The notes beneath the pieces are model-generated. The model made no database searches, was not told the DNA's origin, and saw nothing but the letters and a program-made list of their open reading frames with translations. From the human T2T-CHM13v2.0 reference genome, Homo sapiens, in NCBI RefSeq assembly GCF_009914755.1, contig NC_060947.1: 64,000 bases of DNA. One strand, given 5' to 3'. The translations under genes and the position numbers were made by a program. This document shows positions 47,098 through 60,724 of the stretch, piece by piece (position 1 is the first letter of the stretch; every line of letters begins with the position of its first letter).

Positions 47098-50000
47098 AGA
47101 TCCCCATTGTCCATTGTTCCCTTCTTTGTGTTCACGCCTACTCAATGTTTAGTTCACAATTATAGGTGAAAATGTGCAGTGTTTGGCTTTCTATTCCTGC
47201 TGAGTCAAATGGTCAAACGGTACTTCTGTGTTAAGTTCTTTGAGAAATCTCCAAACTGCTTTCCAAAGGGGCTGAACTAATTTACATTTTCACCAGCAGT
47301 GTATAACCATTCCCTTTTCTCTGAAACCTCACCAAAATCTGTTATCTTTGACTTTTTAATAATAGGCATTCTGACTGGTGTGAGATGGTATCTCACTGTG
47401 GTTTTGATTTGCAATTCCCTGATGCTTATTGATTTAGTACACTTTTTCATATGTTTGTTTGCTGTGTCTATGTCTTCTTTTAGAATTGTCTGTTCATGTC
47501 CTTTGCCCAATTTATAATGAGGTTGTTTATTTTTTGCTTGTTGATTTGCTTAAGTTCCTTATAGATTCTGGATATCAGACATTTGTTGGAAGCATAGTTT
47601 GCAAATATTTTCTCCCATTCTGTAGGTTGTCTGTTTACTCTGCTGATAGTTTATTTGGCTGTGCAGAAGCTTTTAAATTTAATTAGGTCCCATTTGTTAA
47701 TTTTCGTCTTTGTTGCAATCAATTTTGAAGACTTTATCATAAAGTCTTTGCCAGGGTAGATGTTCAGAATGGTATTTTTAAGATTTTCTTCAAGGGTTTA
47801 TATAGTTTTAGGTTTTACATTTTTTTTAATCCATCCTGTGTTGAGTTTTGTATATGGTATAAGACAGGGATTCAGTTTCAATCTTCTGCATATTGCTAGC
47901 CAGTTATCCCAGCACTATATATTGAATAGTGTCTTTCCCCATTGCTTTCTTTGTTGACTTTATCGAAGATCAGATAGTTATAGATTTGTGGCTTTATTTA
48001 TGTGCTCTCTATTCTGTTCCATGGGTCTGTATGTTTGTTTTGGTACCATCACCATGCTGTTTTGGTTACTATAGCCTTGTAGTATAGTTTGAAGTCAGGT
48101 AGTGTGATGCCTCTGGCTTTGCCGTTTTTGTTTAGGATTACTTTCTCTCTTTGGTCTTTTTTTCTTTGGTTCCATATGAATTTTAGAATAGTTTATTCTA
48201 CTTCTGTGAAAAAATATCCTTAGAAGTTTGATAGAAATAGCATTGAATTGGTAAATTCCTTTGGGCAATATGGCCATTTTAACAATATTGATTCTTCCTA
48301 TACATGCACATGGCTTCCCTGATTAGCTGTATTCCTAGGTATTTTGCTCTTTTGTGGCTATTGTTAATGAGATTACATTCTTAATTTGGCTCTCAGCTTG
48401 AATGTCATTGATGTATAGAAACGCTAGTGATTTTTGTACATAGATTTAATATCCTGAAATCATGATAGAATTGTGTATTGGTTCTAAAAGCCTTTGGGTT
48501 GAGTTCTTAGCCTTTTCTAAGTGTAGAATCATATATTCAGTGGAGAGAGATAGTTAGACTTATTTTCATATTTGAATGCCTTTTATTTTCTTCTCTTGCT
48601 TGACTGCTTTGTCTAGGATTTCAAGTACTATATTTAATAGGAGTGGTGATAGAGGGCTTCCTTTTCTTGTTGTAGTTCTCAAGATGAATGCTTCCAGCTT
48701 TTGCCCATTCAGTATGATGTTGGCAGTCAGTTTGTCATAGAGAGCTCTTATTATTTTGAGGTATGTTCCTTTGATGCCTTATCTTTTGAGGGTTTTTAAT
48801 ATGAAGTAATGTTGAATTTTATTTTATCGAAAGCCTTCTCTGCATCTATTGAGATGATTATGTGCTTATTGGTTTTAGTTCCATTTATACAGTGAATCAA
48901 ATTCATTGATTTGGAGCAACCTTGCATCCCATGGATAAAGCCTACTTGATTGTGGTGGATTAGTTTTTGGTTTAGTTTCCTAGGATTTTTTTATATTTTT
49001 TCATCTATGTTCATCTAGAATATTGGCCAAAGGTTTTCTTTTGTCAGTTTCAGTATCAAACTGTTTCTCAGTTTTGGTATGAAACTTCTAGGTTTGGGTG
49101 TCAGTCTATTCCTGCCTTCCTATAATGAGTTTAGGAGGAGTCTTTCTTCCTCGGTTTTTTGGAATAGTTTTAGCAGGGTTGGTAACTGGCTCTTTTTCAT
49201 ACATGTGGTAGAATTAGACTGTGAGTCTGCCTGTTCCATGGTTTTTCATAGCTGGTAGGTTTTTAAAATTACTTACTGTATTTTGGAACTTGTTATTGGT
49301 CTGTTAAATATTTCAATTTATGCCTGTTTCAATCTTCGGAGGTTGTATGCTTTCAGGAATTTATCCATTTCTGCTAGGTTTTCTAGTTTATATGTATAGA
49401 AGTATTTGTGATAATTTCTGAGAGTTGTTTGTATTTATGTGGGGCTGGTGGTCATTTCTGATTGTGTTTATCTGAATATTCTCACTTCTTTTTCTATATT
49501 ATTCTAACTGGTGGTCTATCAATCTTATTTATTCTTTCAAAGAATCAGCTTTTTGTTTAGTTGATCTTTTGTATGGTTTTTCACATCTCAGTTTAATTAA
49601 GTTCTGTTCTGATTTTGGTTATTTATTTTCTTCTGCTAGCTTTCAGGTTTGTCTTCTTCTGTATTTCTGGTTCCTCTAGGTGAGACGTTAGGTTTTTAAC
49701 TTGAGACATTTCCAACTTTGCTATTGGGTGTTTAATGCTGTAAACTTTCCTTTTAACACTGAATCTCCTGTAGATTCTGCTATGATGTAACTTTATTTTC
49801 ATTAGTTTCAAATTTTTTTTGATTCCTACCTTACTTTCATTGTTTACCCAAAAGTCTTTCAGGAGCAGGTTAGTTACTTTCTATGTAAGTGCAGGTGATA
49901 TGATTCTGGTTCTTTTGAAATTGTTAAGAATTACTTTTTGGCTTAGTGCATGGTTGATTTTTTAGTATGTACTATGTGCATATAAGAAAAATGTATATTC

Positions 50001-50614
50001 TGTTGTTACTGCATGGGGTGCTCTGTGGATGTCTGTTAGGTCCATTTGGTCTAGGTCCCGAATAGCTTTATTAGTTTTCTGCCTTGATCTGTCTAATATT
50101 CTCAGTGGCATATTAACATCTCCCAATATTATTATATGGCTATTTCAGTCTCTTCATAGTCTCTAAGAAACTGTTTTATAAATCTAGGTGTTCCAGTGTT
50201 GATTGCATGTATATTTAGAATAGTTGTCTTCTTGTTGAATTCAACAGTTTATCATTATGTAATTCCCTTCAGTTTTCTTTCTGATTGATGTTGGTTTAAA
50301 GTCTGTTTTATCTGAAATAAGAATAGGAACTCCTGCTTTTTGTTGTTTTCTATTTGCTTGATAGATTTTTCTCCATCCGTCTACATTAGGCCTATCAGTG
50401 TCATTGCATGTGAGATAGTTTTCTTGAAGACAACGTAACTTTGGCTCTTGTTTCTTTATCCAACTTGCCACTCTCTGCCTTTTAAGTGGGGGCATTTGGT
50501 CCCTTATATTGAAGGTTAATGTTATTATGTGCAGATTTGACCTTGTTACCATGTTGTGAACTGTTTGTTATGTAGATTTGATTGTGTGGTTCCTTTATAA
50601 TGTCAACTATGTAC

Positions 50615-50668
<54 letters not shown>

Positions 50669-53050
50669 GGTGTTTGTCATTGGCTGGTAATGGTTTTTTG
50701 TTTCCAAGTTTTTCACTCCCTTAAGGACGTCTTGTAAGGTAGGTCTGGTGGTAATAAATTCCCTTAGCATTTGTTTGTCTTACTTTGCTTATGAAGCTTA
50801 GTTTGTCTGGATATGTTTCTTGGTTGGAAATTCTTTTTTTAAAAAATGGTGAATGTAGACCCCTAATCTCTTCTGCCTTGCAAGGTTTCTGTGAGAGGTC
50901 CACTGTTATCCTGATGGGGTTGCTTTTTTAGGTGACATACCCTTTATCTCTAGTTGCCTTTAATTTTTTTTCATTTATCTTGGAGAATCTGATGATTATG
51001 TGTCTTGCAGATAGACACCTTGGTTAGCATCTCACAAGGGTTCTCTGCATTTCCTGAATTTTAATGCTGACCTCTCTAGCAAAGTAGGACAAATTTTTGT
51101 GGACAATATCCTCAGATATGTTTTCCAAGTTGCTTGCTGTCTTTCCCTCTTAGAGATGCCTTTGAGTCATAGGTTTTGTCTGTTTATATAAACCCATATT
51201 TCTTGGAAGTTTTGTTTATATTTTATTCTTTTTTAAAATTTTTGTCTGACTGAGTTTATATGAATAACTGGTCTTAGAACTCTGAGATTCTTTAACCAGC
51301 TTTGTTTATTTTTATGTTAATATTTCCAATTGAATTATTAATTCTTGCAGGAAAATTTTCCACTCTGTCAGGTCAGTTTGGTTCTTTTTTAAAATGGCTA
51401 TTTCACCTTTCATCTTTTCTATCATATTACTTGGCACCTTAATTCCTTGGATTGTGTTTCAACCTTCTTCTGAATCTTGATGATCCATGATGCCATCCAG
51501 ATTCTGAATTCTATGTCAGCGATTTCACCCTGGTTAAGAATCATTTTAGAGGAGCTAGTGTTATCATTTGGTCAAAAGTCATGGTGACTTTCTGAGTTGC
51601 CAGAGTTTTTGCACTGGTTGTTTTTCATATGTGTGGGCTGACATTCCTTTAAACTTTGAAGTTGCTCCCCTTTGGATGGGGCTTTTTGCTTTTATATTGT
51701 TTAACAATTATTGTTATATCAATATATAAGCAAATAATATATTGTTTTCTAATATATTGTTTGATATAAAAGCAAACAGCCCCATAAGGGTTTCACTCTG
51801 GTATAAGTTGGGTTCAGTTGACTGGCTTTGATTCTGCAGGATTTCAGGAATCCAAGGCTAAACTTAGCACTCTTGGGCTGCATGCTCTAACCCTTGGGTG
51901 GCTGGGACCAGGCCCATGGCTTTGTTCTCTGTCTCCTTGAGGCTAAGCACCTAATGTTCAGGAGGGATGAAGGTGTTTCCAGTCTATCAGTAACAATATT
52001 CTGATGCGGGGGTAATAGGAAAACAATTTCATTGGGTCAGTGGCTGTGAGGTCTGTACTCACATGTGCACATCAGCAGTGGTTAAGTGGCAGCATGGCAT
52101 AGTCCATGTGCACGTGTACACTGGCAGCAGTGGAGTGTCAATGGTGCAGTGTGGCAGCAGCTTTGCCTGGGTCTGCTTGCGTGCGTGCATCAGTAGTGGC
52201 ATGGGGGTGGTGTTCATGTGCATGCACACACCAGTGGGTGTGGTGGCAAGTTTCATGTGTGTGTGCCCACTGATGGCAGCTAGACAGCAAGGTCAGTGTG
52301 TGTGCTTGCACCAGCAATGCAGTGGGGGTATGTTGGGGGTGAGTGACCGTGGAGGCCCTTCTGTGGGAGGTCTCTGATGATCAGGTGAAGCCTGCCAGTG
52401 AAGGAGCTGCGGAAGTGGTAGTCACCACTTCCAGGGCTAAAGTGCCCTGGTTGGGCATGTGAGGCTGCACTGCAAGTGGGTGTAATCATGCAGGGACCTT
52501 GGGAAAGGGCAACAGACAGAGGAATGCTGAGGTCAGACTGGCTCTGTCTGTGGGCAAGATAATCAGGTTCTGTATAGATCCCAAAATTAATAAAGTCCAA
52601 AGGTGTGGTGAGTGTTACAAGATAAGCATCTTTGGCTGTGCTCCATTGCAGAGATTCCTATTCCAAACCCTCTGGGCCCTGCATGTGCTGGGATCCCATT
52701 CCTGCCTATTCTCCAAGCAGTTCTCCCTGCCAGCTCAAATGTCTGTGGGGGTCATAGACTCTTTCATGGCCAGAATTCCCAAGGTCCACAAGAGGATTGT
52801 GCCACTTCATGCCTATTTAACTCATCCTTTCCCCAGGAGGTGCTTGGGGCCAGGAATCAGTATTGGTGCTCAGCATCCTCGTGCCGAGTTTCGAGATTCC
52901 TCTCTCTTCAGCCTAGGGGACAGGATCCTCCCTCCATCCACTCTGAATGTCTTCCTTCCAAAGAACTGCTTGGAGTGAGCTGGTCGTCTTGATGGTCTGG
53001 TCTCTGTGGAAAAAGATTTCTTGACTGCATCCAGCTGGCCATCTTGGCTC
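47098..53050 (-). mobile_element. Near full-length decayed L1PA15/16 (L1P4-like) with internal deletions
   Basis: 5' end AAGATGGCCAGCT on minus at about 53047; repetitive 5'UTR at 52040-52330; ORF1 remnants; EN (WRKIYQANRKQQKAGVPILISDKTDFKP); C-terminus (IKTTVRYHLTPVRM). Confidence 0.9.
50617..50665. repeat. (TG)n microsatellite of about 24 units
   Basis: Seen directly; lies within the L1 near the ORF1/ORF2 boundary. Confidence 0.95.
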
Positions 53051-53221
53051 TTTCTTCTGATTTGATTTTTATAAAATAAAAGTGTGTTTTCATAGTGCTG
53101 ATATAAATGCATTGTTTTTTAAAATGCTCCTTCTGGAGTAGTTCTGGTTATATTTGACCGTGTCCATGTGTCCTGATCTGTGGGATAATTCACAAACTGC
53201 TGAATATCTCCAGATGCATAG

Positions 53222-53390
53222 TGCAGTACTGCCCCATTGCAACTCCACTGCTGCTGGTGCACAAGTGCAAACAGATTACGCCACACTGCTACTTGGCCCC
53301 TGCTGATCTGCACACGTGAGTGCAGACCCCATAGCCACTAGCATAATAAAATGGTTTTTTCCATCACCCCCCATCAGGGTTGTTACTGGC
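53222..53390 (+). mobile_element. L1P4-like 5'UTR repeat-region fragment in opposite orientation
   Basis: cactgctgctggtgcacaagtgcaaacaga...cacgtgagtgcagacccc resembles the reverse complement of the modules at 52040-52330. Confidence 0.55.
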
Positions 53391-53879
53391 TTGTGCAGGG
53401 AGGTCGATCACCTTGAATAAAAAATTGAGAAGCAGTTAAAGGAAAAAACGATTGAATCCATCGTCGGTGATGTACAAGGTAGAGCTAAATGATCTGGTGC
53501 CTCATACAGGTCTCCATGACACATACTTCCACCCAGGGTTCAGTGGCCAGTGTCTGTGTTTCATGAGCCCATTATTCCTGCCTTCTAAGAGATTGGTACT
53601 TGGTCCACTCTGAGCACCTGCATGCGGAATATTATTTGGTTATCTTTCTGTGGGTTTTAGTTCCAACAATGCCACTATCTTACTTTGTGTCCCACATCCA
53701 GGCTTTAATTTTCTCACCTGGAAATATGGGGATTGAAATTTTTCTCCGCTTTCCTCTAGTTTCTTCCTTCCAAGTCTTTCCTCTTCTTTTCTTCTTACCC
53801 TCTTACATTTTTGTTTCTTCTCCTTCCCAAATTTATTTTTCTAAAAAACTTTCCTATTTTACAATAGTTATTTGTTATT

Positions 53880-54258
53880 TCTTTAATTAATTAAATTTTT
53901 AAATTGACAAACATGTGTGTGTCAATACATATGTACAACATATGTTTATGTTGTACAATGTGTATAACGTGATGTTTTGATATATGTATACATTGTGGAA
54001 TGATTAAGTCAAGCTAATTAACATACAAATCACCCCACATACTTAACACTTTTTGTAGTGAGAACATTTAAAATATACTTTCTTAGCAACTATTAAATGC
54101 ACAATACATTACTATTAACTATAGTCAACATGTTGTACAATAGATTTCCAGACCTTATTTGTCCTATCTAATGGAAACTCTGTACCCTTTGACCAACACT
54201 TTCCATTCACATGCCCTGTCTCATTCTCAGCCCCTGGTAAATACCATTCTACTATCTG
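53880..54258 (-). mobile_element. L1MA 3' end
   Basis: gatgttttgatatatgtatacattgtggaatg; ttaactatagtca; gtaccctttgaccaaca; cagcccctggtaa. Confidence 0.82.
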
Positions 54259-55520
54259 AAAACAAAGATTTTCTTAATCAACAGATAATTCATTAAAAAT
54301 ATTTTCTGCTAAGGCATGATGCCAATGCACAATATTTGTTCATCCTAGAATGAGTCATGTCTGCAGCACAACATTAAACATTCAAAGTCACCATTTAAAT
54401 AGATTTGCTTAAATGTTTAACTTTATTAAAACTTCATATTGTTGTATGTCTAAACTAATATTTTTACATTTTGTTCTGGGTTTTAAATTGGGCTAAGGAA
54501 GTTATTCAAGTGTGAATATTTAATTAATCAACCCATATGCACAGTCTGCCAGTTTAATCTATTAATAATTTATTAGATATAAAACAATATTTATGGGGAA
54601 ATAAAAATAAAAAAATAAGTAAAGGCCTCAAATAAACAAAACGTGCAAACAACAAATGTATTTTAATGTATGGGCATTCTAAAAAAGTTAGCAAAATCTT
54701 ATAAGAATTTCTTTTTATCCCATAAAAGCCTCTTTGATTAAAGGCAAACATTAATGGCAGTTGAATTCATGAAGACGCATGTGACAATCCTATTCATTTT
54801 AAATACAAAATTGTAACTTTATTAGTAGAAAAACAAAAACAAACAACTTAAAATGAGTTACTTGTTCGATGACACCTTGGAGGAAAAAAATTGTGCAATT
54901 AGAGGGGTCAATGAGGATGCTTAAGAGTATTTTGTTAGGTTTACATAAATTTTGTTTACCCGAAAGTGATGAGAGAACAGAAAATAAAATAATCTTGCCC
55001 TCTAATCAAAGGATGAATGTGTTGATTGACCTAGCTACAATTTAAAAATTGCAAAATCTTGAGTCTGAACTGTCACAAATAGACTAATTGAGTAGGCCAA
55101 GAAGAGTTCTAGACATAAAGCCTGTTCAAAATATTAAATATCATTAAACATGTATAAAAGTTATTAGGAGTTGGACATACTCCCAAATCATTAAGGAGGT
55201 GTATTATCTTGGTAGCTAGGGTATAATTAAAAAGAGACAGAAAACTACTGATAATTTTCACAAAATCAGTTATTCAAGTGGTTCTTTGAGATTTGCATTT
55301 GATTTATATCATTTCCAACTTCCAGTGCTGACACAAGATTAGTCCCGTGTAATAGTTTTCAGTAGCTTAAATAATAATTCACAATTTAAATAAATAATGA
55401 TACGGATAAATTCAAACTCTTCACCTCATTGAACTTATGAAGATACTTCTTGTATTGTTTTGGTACCATTACTTGATAATGCTTAATACAATATTATGCA
55501 CACAGTAAGAACTTAAACAC

Positions 55521-55822
55521 AAACTATCGCAAGAACAAAAAACCCAACACCACATATTCTCACTCATAGGTGGGAATTGAACAATGAGAACACATGGACA
55601 CAGGAAGGGGAACATCACACTCTGGGGACTGTTGTGGGGTGGGGGGAGGGGGGAGGGATAGCATTAGGAGATATACCTAATGCTAAATGACGAGTTAATG
55701 GGTGCAGCACACCAACATGGCACATGTATGCATATGTAACAAACCTGCACATTGTGCACATGTACCCTAAAACTTAAAGTATAATAATAATAAAATAAAA
55801 CATAAAAATAAAATAAAATAAA
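55521..55822 (+). mobile_element. 5'-truncated L1PA3-like 3' end
   Basis: gcattaggagatatacctaatgctaaatgacgag; (TAAAA)n tail; 14-bp TSD aagaacttaaacac/aagaactaaaacac (55507-55520, 55823-55836). Confidence 0.93.
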
Positions 55823-58049
55823 AAGAACTAAAACACTCATTCTATGAACTGGTTTATGTTAGGACTAATACATTTAAGTTATAAATTTTTATTGAAAATA
55901 ATAAGAAATGATAATCTTCCTTCTGAAATAATAAATTTGTTAAAAATTTAAAAGGTAATTTAATTATTGAATAATAAGTAAAATGTTACGTCAATTTAAA
56001 ATGGTGGTTACCAACGCGGTTTCACCTGCTGAGACAAACCATGTTTTTAATGTCCAGAAAAACGACTTAAATTATTTTTAATTGTTCTAAGGAACAATCA
56101 ATGTTTATGCATATACAACATTAATTATTAAAATACACTAATAGTATAACAAAATGCATTCATTCAGGTTAATTTTGGTTCTATCATGTAGATAGATAGA
56201 ACTACAATGTAGTCTTATATATGCAAGGGGAAATACGTGGGAGCATACTGAATGATGTTTACCAGGAAAAGCTAATTACCTATGGTTGCTGTTTATGAAA
56301 AAGAGGGACATGAACATTAAAATGAGGTGATAGTTATTAGTTTTTGGAAAAGCACCAAACTCAAACCTAAGCCCACAAATTTATTGAGTATACATAATTC
56401 TTAGTCAACTATTTTAATTTGGGAGTAATCAGCATATACATGGCACTTGATTTATAAGACATACAGAGAACAAGAGTTAAAACTGAGCAGAGGAAGATGC
56501 CCTAGAACCAGATTTTTAAAAATGTCATTGGGGGAGAGGGAGAGGAAACAGGAGAAAGTGTTGTTATGGAAACCAACAGAAAGTAAAACTTAATTTGTTT
56601 TGTTTTCTGCAGAATGCCTAGTGCCTAGAATGGCCATTGACTTAGAAAATAGTGTTAAAATTTTTGTTGAATAAGTGAATGAGTTTTAAGCTAAATGAGG
56701 ATGATTGTCCAAGGTGGTTTATCATAGTGACAGTGAGAGGAAGAAAATTGTCTGAGTAAATTTCATGGGCCTTAAAGCACAAAGAATTTTGTTCTAATGA
56801 GATAGAGAGTAAACTATAATGGTGACCAAGGAGGATGCCATGGGTGAGAAACGTTAAACAGTCTCCACTAAAGAGAACTTCAAATAAACAATGTTTTTTG
56901 AGGAAAGATGGAGACAGGAACATAGCAAGTATTTCAGATACTTTGAGGTGAGAGATAGGGGAGGGATATTAGCGGAGATGAGAAAATACACAGTAGGCAT
57001 TAGAGATGTCCAGAGTGTGAGGTGTCATTGTTTTCTTTAGTCATTGATAAAAAGAAAAAAGATATGGTGAATTTAGTTTCAAAAATTTCTTTGAATTGGA
57101 GAAATCCCTGAGCTTTGGCTTGAATGCCCATAAGGCTTATTTATTCTAAGTGGGTAATGGAAGATCTCAGAGAATGAATCTGATACATGGCTGGCAATTG
57201 CTTTATAGTGGCTAACTTTTTCACTCTTGAGATACACCATGTGTGGAATTCCTAAAAGTAAAGATAAATTCCACTATTCTCAAAGAAGTGATAATCAATT
57301 TTATCGACAAGCAAATTAATAATTGTTTCTGTCATCTTAAAAGTTTATCCTGAATTTTACAGGATCATAGATAACCAACCGTCTCTTCATGTTATCTCCC
57401 ATAGCACTTCGAACTATTTTTCTATTGCTTGTACTACAAAATTAATTAAAGACAATAGTATGAGGAAAGGTGTGTTATATAATATAGCCAATACATTTAC
57501 ATTAAAATATGTAAGCACACAGAAACTTAGATATAAACACACCTGAAAAGATACACATACCCATAAATATTGATCACACATTTTCCCTGCTTAAAAAGAA
57601 TATAGTGATTTATATTTTATCATTTTGCTTAAGTAGATAATACATTATCTACAAATAATATATACTGATTTTGGACTGAGAAAAACCTGTATGTTTAAAA
57701 CTTAGACACTTATATTTTTAAATGTATAAAAATTATGATATCACCTATATTTTTAAGTGTATAAAAAGAAATAACCGTATACACTGAAACATTAATGTTC
57801 TAATGATAGAAATTAACAAAAAGGCAAAACTTCCTAAGTAGCATGAGGAATACAACTGTTGATTTAAGAAAAAAATTATAAGATGTCATAAGGAACAGAA
57901 GTAACTTCACAAAATAAGTAACACTTAAGCTGAACATTTTTAAATGGTAGGGGTTTAGAAAACATTTTGTTCTGGGTGATAGAATCAGGTAACTTTTTAG
58001 TAAATCTCTATGCTTTTCTGTTTTAAAAATTTAAAACCTATAATTGGTA

Positions 58050-58695
58050 TGCCAAGGGCTCCAGTGAAAAAATAGACAATATGAAAGAACTGATAATGTA
58101 AGCAGAGAAATATAAATTCTAAGAAAAAATTGAAAAGAAATGCCAAAAATCAAAACACTGTAACAGAAATGAAGAATGCCTTTGATGGGCTAATTAGTAG
58201 AGTAGACACACCTGAGGAAAGAATCAGTGAACTTGAGAATATATCAATAGAAACTTCCAAAACTGAAAAGCAAAGAGAAAACAGAATGAAAGAAAAACAA
58301 TAAAATATCCAAGAACTGTGAGACAGCTACAAAAGGTGAAATATTTGTGAAGTGAGAAATCAGAAGAAAAAGAAAGAAAGGAAGAGAAGCAACATTTGAA
58401 GCAATAGGAACTGAGAATTTCCCCAAATTAATGTTGGATATCAAACCACAGATCTAGAAAGCTCAGGAAATATTAAATAGAATGAATAGGGGTAGGGGGG
58501 AACTACATCTAGGCATTTCATATTCAAACTTCAAGAAGTAAAACCTAAAGAATAAAATATTGAAAGAAGTCAGAGGGGGAAAAAAGGGAAACAATGATAA
58601 GAATTACACCTAACTTCTCAGAAGCTATGCAGGCAAGAAGAAAGTGGAGTGATATATTTGAAGTATTCAGAGAAAATAACATAGTAACTTAGAAA
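58050..58695 (+). mobile_element. Old L1M ORF1 fragment
   Basis: gaaatgaagaatgcctttgatgggct; gaggaaagaatcagtgaacttga; atccaagaactgtg; caggcaagaagaaagtggagtga. Confidence 0.8.
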
Positions 58696-58929
58696 ATTTT
58701 TCAGGAGAAATAATAACAGCATGGATAATAGTATAGGGAAGTGGAAATAAGAATGAATACAGAGCAGATATAGTTGATCAGCCTACTAGAAAAAATATAA
58801 TTAGTTTTGTGGAGAGCTGTGGCATTGTTAAAAAATTAAGCCAACGATATCAGATTTTCACCAATTTCGTTAGAATGAGAATCATTGCCTTAAGAGAATG
58901 GAATATCTGCGGTACTCATAGCACAAAAT

Positions 58930-59785
58930 GGTGCTTACTTCTCTGATGTTCCTTCTCAGTTTCCATTGCTTCATCTTTCCATTGCCCAAATTCTAAATAC
59001 AGGCATTTCCCAAGATTCAGTACTAGGACCATTTTTTTCCTATGTCCTCTGACCTTTAAATATCTCCTATATTCTTATGGTTTTAATAATGTGTAATACA
59101 AAGTTTTCTATTCCCAAATCCATCTCTCTAGGCTAAAAATTTTTTAAGCTTCAGTCTGGGATATGCACAAAATGTGGGATATTTCCTTCATAGCTCTGAC
59201 CATCAGGTACTTCAGTCAAAGTATTTCTAAAACCAAATATTTTCCTTCATTTTACAACCATATTCCCCATTAGACATCTCACTTTTCATTATATTGGACT
59301 TTTTTTTTCTTTTTCCATCAACTTCTCTCTCATCTCACCTTTCTCATCACAATCGTCTTATTCTAAGATGTTATGACCTCATGCATGGATCACTGCAATA
59401 GTCTTCTAACTGATCTCACCACCTGTAGTGTCCTCCCAACCCATTCTATCCCATTATCTCCAGATTAATCTTGCCGAAAGTTTGCTTTGATAATGTTACT
59501 TTCCCCATCCCAATTCACCATGACTCCCCACTGCTTATAGGATAATGTGGACCTCTCTTTCAAACTCAGAAAATGTTTTCTTACTCATTTTACAATTTAT
59601 TCCAAAATTAATCATCATCTCCAAGGAAACTGGCCTATTCACTCCCTCCCCCACAAAGCACTTTACACTTGCACACAATGATGGCTTCACTAATGGCATT
59701 TTTGCCCTTTATTCCACCATCTAAACTCTACTAATCTTTTGGCCCATAGTTCAAAGCTCCTCTTATATGTGAAATATTCATTCAA
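58930..59785 (+). mobile_element. L2 fragment
   Basis: cccaagattcagt.ctagg; cccaaatc.atctctc; ggatcactgcaatagtcttctaactg.tctc; ctccccactgcttatagga. Confidence 0.7.
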
Positions 59786-59819
59786 ACAGGGTTTGGCTAG
59801 TCCTTACTCTGTGATAGGA

Positions 59820-60260
59820 TCTGTGCTATCATTTAAGAATGTCATGATAAGAAACAGCACTTTTGGTCAGGTAACTTGTGTTCTAATAATGGAAGTGAAC
59901 AAAAAGGCAAAACTTTTCAAGTAGAATGCGAATGCAGTTGTTGGTTTGTTAACAAATTACTAGATGTCATAAAAAACAGGAATAACTTCACAAAAGAAGT
60001 GACATTTAAGCTGAGCATTTAAAAATGATAGGGGTTTAGAAAACATCAGCAAAAATATTAAAGGGACTAAGTAGTTTTAACAGAGTAATGCAAGGGTAGA
60101 AATAATGGCTGTTTTCAGATATTCAAATGGTGATTATGCATAAGACAGTCTTGATCTGTATTATTACGCTTTGGCTATATTGAGTTGAGGTTCCTGTATG
60201 AAATTCTAATGTAGATATTTAGTAGGTTGTTAAATATACAGCGCTGGAGTTCAATAGTGT
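59820..60260 (-). mobile_element. L2-like fragments
   Basis: cttcacaaaagaagtgacatttaagctgag; ttggctatattgagttgagg. Confidence 0.5.
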
Positions 60261-60289
60261 TGTTCTTAACAACAATGAAGACGTTTCTC

Positions 60290-60435
60290 ATTCATTAAAA
60301 ATAATTGAGGGTCTACTATGGGTCCAGTACTTTAAAAAATATTGAAACGTATTGTTTTGTTTTATCTTCACAGCACGCCTATGTGGTAGCTATTATTGTT
60401 CTCATTTAACATATGAGGAAACTGAGGTATAGAGA
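60290..60435 (-). mobile_element. MIR
   Basis: atcttcacagcacgcctatg.ggtag.tattatt..ctcattt.acatatgaggaaactgagg. Confidence 0.75.
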
Positions 60436-60510
60436 GAGACATGAAAGTAGTCATCAGTGGTAGATGAGACATGATGCAGGTGAGATTATTTAAGCTAACT
60501 GGTAAACTCA

Positions 60511-60724
60511 CAGCACCATCGAATAGAACTTTCTTCAATAGTAAAAATACTCTATAATCTGCCTTGTCTTATACAGGAGTCATTAGTCATATGTTGGTAT
60601 TGAGCACTTAAAATATGGCCAGTGTGACTGAGGAATTTAATATGTAATTATATTTATTTTAGTTAATACAATTTAAATTGGGACAGACGCTTGTGGCTAG
60701 TGACTACTGTACTGGACAGGGCAG
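60511..60724. mobile_element. MER3 hAT-Charlie relic
   Basis: aatagaactttc...ttgagcacttaaaatatggccagtgtgactgaggaa...tgtggctagtgactactgtactggacag. Confidence 0.85.

Noticed and set aside
52040-52340. Semi-regular repeats as a CRISPR-like or novel array
   Set aside because: Degenerate modules typical of L1PA15/16 5'UTRs; no constant repeat with unique spacers.
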